DNA of 12,009 nucleotides from Candidatus Rifleibacteriota bacterium (lineage in GTDB: Bacteria; Muiribacteriota; Ozemobacteria; Ozemobacterales; Ozemobacteraceae): assembly GCA_051747585.1 (NCBI GenBank), contig JBNJGH010000101.1, positions 1 through 12,009 of the forward strand, given 5' to 3'. Below the pieces are notes generated by a model. It worked only from the letters and a program-made list of their open reading frames with translations, did not search any database and was not told where the DNA came from. Positions 4,673 through 12,009 of the stretch are shown piece after piece; within the stretch, counting starts at the first letter, position 1; each line of letters starts with the position of its first letter. The translations under genes and the position numbers were made by a program.

Positions 4673-7297
4673 TTATTCTATTCTTTTGCGTCTTTCTTCG
4701 AGTGTTCTTATATTAAGTTCTCTGCCCATGACGCCGATTTTAAGAATTAAATCTCTGGAGTTGCCTGAATGGTCCGTCGCGGTTGCTTTTAATTCATATT
4801 CGGGACTCACGTTTCCGTCCGCATCGACATTGGCAAATCTGAAAACATGCTCGACAGGTTCCAGATTATCAACACTTGTATCGGCAACAGAATTTGGAGA
4901 GTTGGGATGATCTGTTATCGAATATTTAAGATCTGAAATTCCGAAATCAGCAGTTGAGGTAAAGGTTTTTATGTTGTCAAAGGCCCGGATATAAAATACC
5001 AGTCTGGTATTTTTCTGGCATACATACGCAGTTTTTGAATTTTCTTCAACTGTTGACACGGCTGGTTCTTCATCATTTATAAATTTAGTGTAAAGTTCAG
5101 AAATATTGTCAAAATCGCTAAATTCATATGAGCTGTCTATTTGTGCGCCTTTACCAAGATAGGGCACATCCAGGTCGGAGTAATCAAGGGCGCTTGGATA
5201 TGAAGCCATGAAGGAAGCATCTACATGTTGTTTTGAGCCAAAAAGATGATATTTGTTTGTTCTGGTGTCAAAAACGATAACCTGAAGTTCAGGGGCAGTC
5301 TCATCTTTACTGTTCATGTAGACGAGATTACTCCAGTGGCCTGTTTGTATTACCGGATTTTCTATAATATCAGACTGCTCGCCCGCATCTATTGAGTAAC
5401 CGTCTCTGGGGTCAACGGCAGGATTTTTACCGGTTGAGGGGGTTGCACCTGGTTCAGCAATATCACTTTCAAGGGGAGTTTCAATAGTTGCGATTCCTTC
5501 ATATAGCTCACATGGAAGTCCGGCAGTATCCTTAGAGACGGTTAGAATCTTGAAAACCGGCATTGGATCACTGGTACCTTCAGAGCTGGATGAGTCATTG
5601 CATTGATGCCAGGGCCGTGGGTTATTAATGGTTATTTTACCTGTGATTGTACTCAGGGAGCCGGCAACCAGCTCATCTGCTGAATGCTTTTGATCGGAGC
5701 TGACTGTTTCTACATCGACATCGGCTTCGTGCCAGACCCACTTGGGCTCATATTTGTAACTTTTAAAAGTAGGAGAATTGTCTTCGGGGTTTTCTCTTTC
5801 AATAAGACCGTAACCGTCGACATCAGATTTTATGTTATTGATAGATTTACCTGTTACTTCTGAATAGTCATAACAGGGGTAAGAGTAAAATACCTTCATT
5901 CCAAGATTGTCTTTGCTCTGGTTAAGAGTTCTAGAGCCATCAGCGAATTCAAAGGTCTCGTTAAAGCTTTGATCGAAATAGGGATTGGTGTCGAGCACAG
6001 TGAGATTAAAGTCAAAAGTCGTCGGGCCCGTCGGCTCAAATTGCGGTTCGGTTGGGTTGAGAGTGAATTCGGATGAAATAGGGCCTTTGGAGTCATATAC
6101 AATAAAATCGGTAGTTCCCGCGTCTGCAGCTGGTTTTATAACTTTCAGCATTATTTCCTGGCTGCAGTTAAGGGTTTTATCGAATTCGTAATAATCTTTT
6201 TCTTTGCGTACTTCAGGTTGAATCAGAGTTCCGCTGGCATTATAAACAGCCTCTTGAATGACACGATCTTCAGTTACTTTATTATAAACGTCTTCTTTCC
6301 ATACCCAATAAATATTTGAAATTTCAAAGCCTGCACCTGGTGCCCAGACTTTAAGCTTGATTTTTGAATTTGCTTTGTTTCCGTCAAAAGTTGGAGTCGT
6401 GAATGTAATATTGAAGTCAGTATTGTCCGCGCCTCCGCCAGAGGTGCCTTCTCTTCCGTCAGATGTTCTGGGCAAAGAAGGGCTGCTTTCAAAATGGATA
6501 TTGGTAGCGTCGTTGCCGGTTAAAACATAAGCTTTGTAGTCTTCGAGTTCTATATCTGTAACATCGATTTCTATGTCTTCAATTAATAGACCTTCGCCGT
6601 GAATATGAATTGCTTTACTGTCGCCGGAGGGGGATCCCCACTCATAATCAGTCCATTCATAATTGGTTGGAAAACTTGCTACATTAAATCTTGAGTGAGC
6701 AAAACCGTTATCTATAGCCTCAGTTACAGGTTCGCTATCTAAAGGTGTAGTAGGGTAACGACCGGTGTCGGGGTATTCATAGGCGTCACCCGTACCGAGA
6801 GTTGTTACTTCGCCATCTTGTCCCGGTTGAACAAAGCCTGAAAGTGTCATGTATGGCCCCAGAATTCCTGTAATAAATGCGTCTTCTGTAGAAACCCCGG
6901 TTGTTCTGTTAAAAGCTTCTATTATGCTGGAACGATTTCCGCTGACTTCAAAAAACTCTTTCATAGCACCCGCGGGAAAGTAACCATAGCCATTTGGCTG
7001 GTCTGTTTCAGGTTCAAAGGCAATTTCGGCCTTTGTGCACCATTCGTATTTGTCTGTTTGGATTGTTCCGGAGTTATGGGCGGCGGGGTCCCATACCAGC
7101 TTAAATTGGGCGCTGGAATTCTGTGGAACCAGGTAAAAGAACGAGTTGCCCTCTTCTACCAGTTCCATGTCTGCATTGCCGCTGTTTACAGGTACAATCG
7201 CGGAGCAGGGTTCGGCAGGAAGACTGCAGGCCCAGGCTCCCGGCAGAAAAATAAACAGCATTAAAGCTGAGATCCAGAACCTCTTAATAAACGACAT
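4673..7297 (-). CDS. Large secreted acidic beta-rich protein with probable Ig-like domains; putative pilus-tip/adhesin component
   Basis: AGGAGG SD (7309-7304). Sec signal ending AWA|C. Rich in D/E/T/S/G/P. Ig-like boundary motifs 'VYDSKGP', 'KDETAPEL', 'IRAFDN' and 'ATATDHSGNS'. Last gene of the minor-pilin run. Confidence 0.75.
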   Translation of the reverse strand: MSFIKRFWISALMLFIFLPGAWACSLPAEPCSAIVPVNSGNADMELVEEGNSFFYLVPQNSSAQFKLVWDPAAHNSGTIQTDKYEWCTKAEIAFEPETDQPNGYGYFPAGAMKEFFEVSGNRSSIIEAFNRTTGVSTEDAFITGILGPYMTLSGFVQPGQDGEVTTLGTGDAYEYPDTGRYPTTPLDSEPVTEAIDNGFAHSRFNVASFPTNYEWTDYEWGSPSGDSKAIHIHGEGLLIEDIEIDVTDIELEDYKAYVLTGNDATNIHFESSPSLPRTSDGREGTSGGGADNTDFNITFTTPTFDGNKANSKIKLKVWAPGAGFEISNIYWVWKEDVYNKVTEDRVIQEAVYNASGTLIQPEVRKEKDYYEFDKTLNCSQEIMLKVIKPAADAGTTDFIVYDSKGPISSEFTLNPTEPQFEPTGPTTFDFNLTVLDTNPYFDQSFNETFEFADGSRTLNQSKDNLGMKVFYSYPCYDYSEVTGKSINNIKSDVDGYGLIERENPEDNSPTFKSYKYEPKWVWHEADVDVETVSSDQKHSADELVAGSLSTITGKITINNPRPWHQCNDSSSSEGTSDPMPVFKILTVSKDTAGLPCELYEGIATIETPLESDIAEPGATPSTGKNPAVDPRDGYSIDAGEQSDIIENPVIQTGHWSNLVYMNSKDETAPELQVIVFDTRTNKYHLFGSKQHVDASFMASYPSALDYSDLDVPYLGKGAQIDSSYEFSDFDNISELYTKFINDEEPAVSTVEENSKTAYVCQKNTRLVFYIRAFDNIKTFTSTADFGISDLKYSITDHPNSPNSVADTSVDNLEPVEHVFRFANVDADGNVSPEYELKATATDHSGNSRDLILKIGVMGRELNIRTLEERRKRIE

Positions 7298-7317
7298 TTT
7301 GTTCCTCCTGTCAGATC

Positions 7318-7890
7318 TTAATTTTGTCTGGTTAATTTAATTGTCTTGATCATCTCTTCTTTTCTTGTGCCCATACCGCCTCGTGCCATTGTGGCTTCAC
7401 CAAGAGATGTAATCTGTGCGGAAATAATGAGCTGTTTTTCGCCGGGGTTCGTATAGGCGCTTATAACTTTAAAATCTTCAACGTTAAACTTCCAGTTTTC
7501 AGGGTCTATATCCGGGATTTTGAGGGGAAATGCATCTGTATTACAATCTTGGGCAAATTGCTGTAGACCTTCCGGATTGCCTGTGTTCAGAACATCTAAT
7601 TCGTCACCGGCAATAATAGCCCTGAAAGGACAATATCCCATGGAAAGGACTCCAGCATCGCATGCTTCCTGGGGGTAAGCACTGATTTTTAACAACATCA
7701 TCTGAATAGCGGATTGGGCAAGAAAGTTCGCTTGAATGAAATGAATATTGGTAAGATTCTGCTGTTTTGATTCTTTGCGAAAAAACACAAGAGAAGAAGC
7801 ATAGACCATTATACAAACAGTAAAAACCAGAACCAGTGGGATGGCCAGACCTCGTCGGTGGCGATACAGTTTTGCATTATTTAACGACAA
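7318..7890 (-). CDS. PilX/GspK-like minor pilin (class III signal peptide lacking Glu+5)
   Basis: TTG start with a GAAGGAG SD inside the upstream CDS. RHRRG|LAIPLVLVF hydrophobic helix with no E5. 'QANFLAQSAIQ' resembles the PilX N-terminal A..AE.G helix, and 'ITSLG' near the C-terminus is PilX-like. Confidence 0.75.
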   Translation of the reverse strand: MSLNNAKLYRHRRGLAIPLVLVFTVCIMVYASSLVFFRKESKQQNLTNIHFIQANFLAQSAIQMMLLKISAYPQEACDAGVLSMGYCPFRAIIAGDELDVLNTGNPEGLQQFAQDCNTDAFPLKIPDIDPENWKFNVEDFKVISAYTNPGEKQLIISAQITSLGEATMARGGMGTRKEEMIKTIKLTRQN

Positions 7891-8449
7891 GAAATGTTCT
7901 CCTTCCTATCAGCTTGAATTTATTTTTTTCAAGATAGTCATCCTGATTGGGGAGCTTCCATTTTACTTCGAGTACTATATCTATCATTTTGCACTTAGCC
8001 GCTTCTGTTGGATCGATGTATATCTCGGAAAGGGGTTTGGATTCAGTATCTTCAAGACAATTATCGGGTTGGCTTTCTACCCCACTCGAACAACCTTGCG
8101 GATCATGAAATTTAAATTTTGGTACAACAAAATCAAGCTCGTCTGTGTTCCAGGGATAAGTAGTGTAATGACCGGTAAATAAATTACCCTTTACATTATG
8201 GTCTATTCCAAAAGACCATGTTTCTCCGCCTCCGGCTGCTGACAGCAGGTTTGTGCGGTCAATAACAAACATTAAGCGGTTCATTTCTTCTTTGGCAAGG
8301 TTAGCGGCAATGCCTTCCGCATCTTGTTCTCGAGTTCCTCTATTTGTATAATCCAGCAACCCAAGTATAGGCAGAATTACAAATCCCATGATTCCAACCG
8401 CAATCATAATTTCTACTAAATTTATGCCCTTTTTGTTTGAATAAATCAT
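7877..8449 (-). CDS. PilV/GspI-like minor pilin with prepilin N-terminal cleavage/methylation motif
   Basis: KKG|INLVEIMIAVGI with E5. 'AANLAKEEMNRL' helix and C-terminal 'IVLEVKWK' strand are typical of PilV/GspI-like proteins. ATGA overlap with the upstream gene. Confidence 0.82.
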   Translation of the reverse strand: MIYSNKKGINLVEIMIAVGIMGFVILPILGLLDYTNRGTREQDAEGIAANLAKEEMNRLMFVIDRTNLLSAAGGGETWSFGIDHNVKGNLFTGHYTTYPWNTDELDFVVPKFKFHDPQGCSSGVESQPDNCLEDTESKPLSEIYIDPTEAAKCKMIDIVLEVKWKLPNQDDYLEKNKFKLIGRRTFLVVK

Positions 8450-9096
8450 AAGTCTCGTAAAACATCGACCTCAACTTTTGCGCCTGTCTGGTTATGGACT
8501 TTAGTGTGTTTGAAGTTCTTTTCGTCAGGGTGGGAGACAGTAACGTTAAAACTTATCAAAGAGCCACTCTGTTCGTTGTCTGGATCAAAATCTTGAACCG
8601 TAATTTTTATATTGGAAACGTCTCTGATTACAGTAAAGTTGGCAAGAGGCCGCTCTTTATTTGCTGGATCAGAGCCCTCATCAAGAATTTTTTTGTAAAC
8701 GATGTCGCCGTCAGTATATTTAAGTTCGCACTCATAGATGGCTCCAGGGCTGTCAGAATCGTTAGAGATAAATGGAATGCATATATGCCACTTAGCCAGG
8801 TCCGCATCGGCGGTAATTTCTTCATTGGAATTCAGGCGCATTTTATGTCCTGCTTCTGTAATTTCAGAACCGCCTGGCCCTACTTTAGTACGGTAGGTAG
8901 CTTTCTGCATTTCTTCACGAATAAACCCAAGCCCGTTTCTAAGTTTGTTTTGTGCAGTCAGTGACCAGCTGCCTTTTTTAAACGAATAAGACATGGCAAT
9001 AAATATTTTATAGCCAATAAAGGTCAAAATTGAAAGAATTGCCGAAGCAATAAGTATTTCGACCAAAGTGAAGCCTGTTTTTTTTCCGTTTCTCAT
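8446..9096 (-). CDS. PilW/GspJ-like minor pilin with prepilin N-terminal cleavage/methylation motif
   Basis: KKTG|FTLVEILIASAIL canonical motif. 'LRNGLGFIREEMQKA' matches the PilW/GspJ 'l..i..dlr.A' helix, and 'VIRDVSNIKI' is a GspJ/PilW-like C-terminal strand. Confidence 0.85.
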   Translation of the reverse strand: MRNGKKTGFTLVEILIASAILSILTFIGYKIFIAMSYSFKKGSWSLTAQNKLRNGLGFIREEMQKATYRTKVGPGGSEITEAGHKMRLNSNEEITADADLAKWHICIPFISNDSDSPGAIYECELKYTDGDIVYKKILDEGSDPANKERPLANFTVIRDVSNIKITVQDFDPDNEQSGSLISFNVTVSHPDEKNFKHTKVHNQTGAKVEVDVLRDL

Positions 9097-9106
9097 CCTA
9101 ACCTTA

Positions 9107-9136
9107 ATTATAACAAAATTTACGTAAAAACCTCAA
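9107..9136 (-). promoter_or_regulatory. Sigma70-type promoter directly upstream of the minor-pilin operon
   Basis: Minus strand TTGAGG (9136-9131), 18 bp, consensus extended -10 TG-t-TATAAT (9115-9107). Only 10 nt separate the -10 from the ATG at 9096. Confidence 0.6.
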
Positions 9137-9162
9137 TTGATGCGGTATTTTGCGACTCGATA

Positions 9163-10584
9163 TCAACTTTCTCTTATTATTTTTTCGATATCCTCGCCGG
9201 TAATTATGCTGAGAATTTCGGCTATTGGTCTTTTGTCCGGACCCGGGGCTTCGGAAACCATTCTGCGTAAGATATTTTGTCCGGTAGTTCCATAGGCATG
9301 AATTGCATTAATTATAAGGCTTTGTCGCAAAGATACTCTTTCATTTTTATAAACTTCTATTAATGCTGGAATAACAGCTTCCGGCAATAGCGGAATATCT
9401 TGAAGAATTCTAATTGTAGTCCATTTTACATAAAAGTTGTCTTCTTCGACTAAAGGTGCAATGAAGGGGGCGCAGATTTTAGCACCGGGGAAACCAATTC
9501 TGGCAATGGCTTTAAGAGTGGCCATTACTATCATTGGTTCTTCGTGGTTAAGAAGTGTCGAGAATTTTTTCATGAGTTCTGGAAAGGGCATGCGCATATC
9601 GCCCAGGCGCCAGATTATTTTAAGTTTCGGCTGAGTTTCAGTTTCGTTGTCAAAATTTGAAAGGAGTTCAAGCACCCTTGCTCTTGCAAGAGTTACGGCG
9701 TAGTTTTCATTACGCTTAGGTTTTGGAGTCTTTTTATTGTAGCTGCTGTAATCGACATGTTTTTTGACTTTCGGTTTGGGTATTGTTCTGTCGGGCTTTT
9801 TGGTCATCACAAATTCTTTGGTATCATCTTTATCTTTTTTGTCGGCTTCTTTCGCTGCTTTTGCCTGAGCAATCTGTTTTGCCTGAGCTTTTATCTGATC
9901 AAGTACCAGCTGGCATTCTTCAACAATTTTTTTTGCATTCTTTTGTCTTGGAGAAGGGTCAGCTTTTGCGATGAAATTGTTAAGCGTTTGCAAAGCCTGA
10001 TTGTAATAGCCGGCATAGTATTGAAAAGCACCAAGATAAAATTCAGAATCAGATATAAGGTCCGGGTTTTCTTTGAAATAATCTACGCCTCGATGGATCA
10101 AGCCATAATCATCTGAGAGCAAACTTCTATCGGCTTCAATTGCTTCATAGAGAGTCTTGAATCCTTCCTTTTTCTGGCCAAAAGCTATTTGATATCTGGC
10201 TTTCTCAAACAATGATTGAGAGGAGGTGTCGGCCCCTTCGGCTTTCCTTTGTGTTTTTACTACCTGTTGAAGTCGTAAAATTCGGTCGGTAAGGCCGGGA
10301 ATATTTGTTTTCAGTTCGCTGGCAAGCATAAAAGCTTTAAGGGCCTTGGCATAGTTGTCGTCGGCTTCATAAACGTAACCCAGTGCAAGCCAGAGCTTGT
10401 AGGAATTTTGATTGGTTTTTAATTTATCAATCAGTATTCGCTGGGCGCTGGTATAATCCTTTTTTTTGATCAGGGTCTGAACCGATTTTAGGGTTTCAGA
10501 AATTTCTGACGCATAAAGCTGCGTGTACCCTGCAAATAAAAGTAAAAAAGCAATTAAAAGGACATTGAACCGTTTTAATATCAT
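9163..10584 (-). CDS. Exported protein with N-terminal TPRs, Lys/Pro-rich linker and C-terminal HEAT-like repeats
   Basis: Start reassigned to MILKRF (10584; AGGAG/AGGT upstream). Signal peptide ending LYA|S. TPR 'LWLALGYVYEADDNYAKALKAF' and 'FYLGAFQYYAGYYNQALQTL'. HEAT-like 'IVMATLKAIARIG' and 'VKWTTIRILQDI...VIPALIE'. Confidence 0.78.
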   Translation of the reverse strand: MILKRFNVLLIAFLLLFAGYTQLYASEISETLKSVQTLIKKKDYTSAQRILIDKLKTNQNSYKLWLALGYVYEADDNYAKALKAFMLASELKTNIPGLTDRILRLQQVVKTQRKAEGADTSSQSLFEKARYQIAFGQKKEGFKTLYEAIEADRSLLSDDYGLIHRGVDYFKENPDLISDSEFYLGAFQYYAGYYNQALQTLNNFIAKADPSPRQKNAKKIVEECQLVLDQIKAQAKQIAQAKAAKEADKKDKDDTKEFVMTKKPDRTIPKPKVKKHVDYSSYNKKTPKPKRNENYAVTLARARVLELLSNFDNETETQPKLKIIWRLGDMRMPFPELMKKFSTLLNHEEPMIVMATLKAIARIGFPGAKICAPFIAPLVEEDNFYVKWTTIRILQDIPLLPEAVIPALIEVYKNERVSLRQSLIINAIHAYGTTGQNILRRMVSEAPGPDKRPIAEILSIITGEDIEKIIRES

Positions 10585-10624
10585 ACCAACCTGAGCTCCT
10601 CTAATAATCATACTGATCTGGTTA

Positions 10625-11659
10625 CTATAGACCCTTTTCTTCGAGGTATTCTTCCATTGTTTTGCCTTCTTTTTCCAGCTTCTTTTTTAATTTATCTTGT
10701 CCCGGAAGTTCTCCTTTTTTCTGTTTTTCTATAATTGTTGCCTTTATTTCTTCCAGAACTGCTTCTCGTTCTTCATCTGTGACAGCATCTTGAAGATTAG
10801 CACGCGCATCACCAATAATGCCTTCAATTTTTTCCTTATCGTCTTCAGTGATTTTTTCGCTCCCGCTTCCGATTAGTTCTTCAAGGTCTTCACGGGTAAA
10901 CTCGCCTGCCTCAATTGTATCGAGCAACTTTTCTTTGTTGGATCTGTTCAGATAATCGAACTTGTGGGTAATAACAAATTCTTCGTTAGCGTCATCTACA
11001 TAATCCAGAGCTCTCATATAAACTTCTGCTGCTTTATCTTTTTTGTTTGCTGTTTCATAAAGAAAGGCAAGCTGCAGCATGGGTTGCTTCTTCCAGTCAA
11101 CACCTTCAAAAGATTTTTTTAAGGCTTTTTCGTATATTTTGATGATATTGTCGAGCAGTTTGTAGTTTTTGTATCTTAGCCTTGGGCTAAGTCTGAAAGC
11201 TTGAAAAACCGTTACAGCAAGTTTTAATTTTTGAGGGCTATTCTTATGCTTTTGATAAACTTCAAACTTTTCTGCACCGATTTTATTGAAGTTGTCGTGA
11301 AGGTCTTTAATCTTACGTTTAGATGACTTGAGTTTATCATTGTAATCATCGCCTTTGTCAGGGGAAGGTCGAGACCTGGAAACGATTTCGAGGTTATTCT
11401 TGGCTTCGATGTAATCGCCCTTTTTAAATTGAACCTGCCCTAAAATATATCTGTAAAAGGCGTTGTCGGGCTCGATTTTTAAAGCATCATTAAGATTTTT
11501 TTCTGCTGCTTTCAGATCCTTTTTTACAAAGGCGGCTTCAGCCTTTTTAAAAAAAGCCTGGGCTTCGGGATTCAAGTTGTTGGCTAAAGCAGAAGGTATT
11601 GAAAAAATTATAATTATAAAAATCAATAAAAGAACTGTTGTTCTATTTTGCTGTTTCAT
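10625..11659 (-). CDS. Exported tetratricopeptide-repeat protein with charged helical C-terminus
   Basis: GGGGA SD. Signal peptide ending ALA|N. TPRs 'ALKIEPDNAFYRYILGQVQFKKGDYIEA' and 'LQLAFLYETANKKDKAAEVYMRAL'. Confidence 0.82.
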   Translation of the reverse strand: MKQQNRTTVLLLIFIIIIFSIPSALANNLNPEAQAFFKKAEAAFVKKDLKAAEKNLNDALKIEPDNAFYRYILGQVQFKKGDYIEAKNNLEIVSRSRPSPDKGDDYNDKLKSSKRKIKDLHDNFNKIGAEKFEVYQKHKNSPQKLKLAVTVFQAFRLSPRLRYKNYKLLDNIIKIYEKALKKSFEGVDWKKQPMLQLAFLYETANKKDKAAEVYMRALDYVDDANEEFVITHKFDYLNRSNKEKLLDTIEAGEFTREDLEELIGSGSEKITEDDKEKIEGIIGDARANLQDAVTDEEREAVLEEIKATIIEKQKKGELPGQDKLKKKLEKEGKTMEEYLEEKGL

Positions 11660-11687
11660 ATTGTCCCCAAATTTTCATCTGTAACTA

Positions 11688-11716
11688 AATATAGCAGAAT
11701 TCTTCCCCCTTGTCAT
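11688..11716 (-). promoter_or_regulatory. Putative sigma70 promoter for the TPR gene pair
   Basis: Minus strand aTGACA (11716-11711), 17 bp, TG-c-TATATT (11696-11688). Confidence 0.5.
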
Positions 11717-11842
11717 TATAGTATTGATACAGTTTATTCGAATGTCTTTATTCTGTTAAATATCATTTTTTCATATCAGGAAAATGTTGCGGGTTTCTCT
11801 AATTAATTATATTAAAATGGTATTCTGTAATGGGTTAACAAA

Positions 11843-12009
11843 ATGTCTCGAAAATCAAAAAAATCTTATAAGCTGCTTTTTACAATTCTGGTGATGGTTC
11901 TTTTGCCGGCAATGGTCTTTTTTGCCGGTTTGCAGTTCTTTGTTGATGCTTTGCACCGACAAAAAGGAATACAAAAGCTTGAACATATTCGAAAAAATCT
12001 TTTTCAGAT
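11843..12009 (+). CDS. 5' part of a membrane-anchored protein, truncated by the window edge (possibly a sensor/signalling protein)
   Basis: Not in the ORF track. Open frame from ATG 11843 to the end: MSRKSKKSYKLLFTILVMVLLPAMVFFAGLQFFVDALHRQKGIQKLEHIRKNLFQ, i.e. a basic N-terminus, a TM helix and an amphipathic helix. Confidence 0.65.
   Translation, partial: MSRKSKKSYKLLFTILVMVLLPAMVFFAGLQFFVDALHRQKGIQKLEHIRKNLFQ

Noticed and set aside
7226..7297. Lipoprotein signal in the 874-aa protein (AWA|C)
   Set aside because: A-W-A-C does not match the [LVI][ASTVI][GAS]C lipobox, while A-x-A fits signal peptidase I. A lineage-specific lipobox cannot be fully excluded.
4673..7297. Naming the large protein pilY1
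   Set aside because: Only its position supports this. I see no PilY1 beta-propeller or vWA motifs.
8494..8964. 156-aa plus-strand ORF, and other short ORFs nested in or antisense to the long genes (e.g. 7841-8182, 9757-10116, 1389-1670, 944-1186)
   Set aside because: They overlap well-supported genes, have no recognisable motifs, and mostly show the F/I/S-rich composition expected of shadow frames.
9700..9900. Tandem repeat in the K/A/P-rich segment of the TPR-HEAT gene
   Set aside because: This is a low-complexity protein linker with no exact nucleotide repeat unit.
11787..11826. Promoter for the final plus-strand ORF
   Set aside because: There are several weak candidates (e.g. TG-g-TATTCT at 11818-11826) in very AT-rich DNA, and none can be singled out.

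Overview
AT-rich bacterial chromosomal region. The gene style is reminiscent of Candidatus Riflebacteria-like lineages, but this is an impression only. From left to right: (1) a ~210-bp nested palindromic REP/MITE-like element that includes a perfect 32-bp inverted repeat; (2) a sigma70-type promoter driving a coiled-coil/C4 zinc-ribbon gene (DUF164/HP0958/CT398-like) and a TPM-domain membrane protein, followed immediately by a type A RNase P RNA gene (rnpB) whose own promoter seems to lie in the last codons of the TPM gene; (3) a minus-strand pair encoding a small CbiX/SirB-type chelatase and a membrane-anchored polysaccharide deacetylase; (4) a divergent 1-phosphofructokinase-family PfkB kinase that ends at a bidirectional terminator; (5) a minus-strand cluster of two exported TPR proteins, three type IV minor pilin/pseudopilin-like genes (PilW/GspJ-, PilV/GspI- and PilX/GspK-like) and an 874-aa acidic secreted protein that occupies the PilY1 position but shows no PilY1 features I can recognise; (6) the truncated start of a membrane protein. 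The best candidate for an undescribed system is the minor-pilin trio plus the non-PilY1 putative tip protein with its basic C-terminal tail. All family assignments come from reading motifs by eye; no searches were run.
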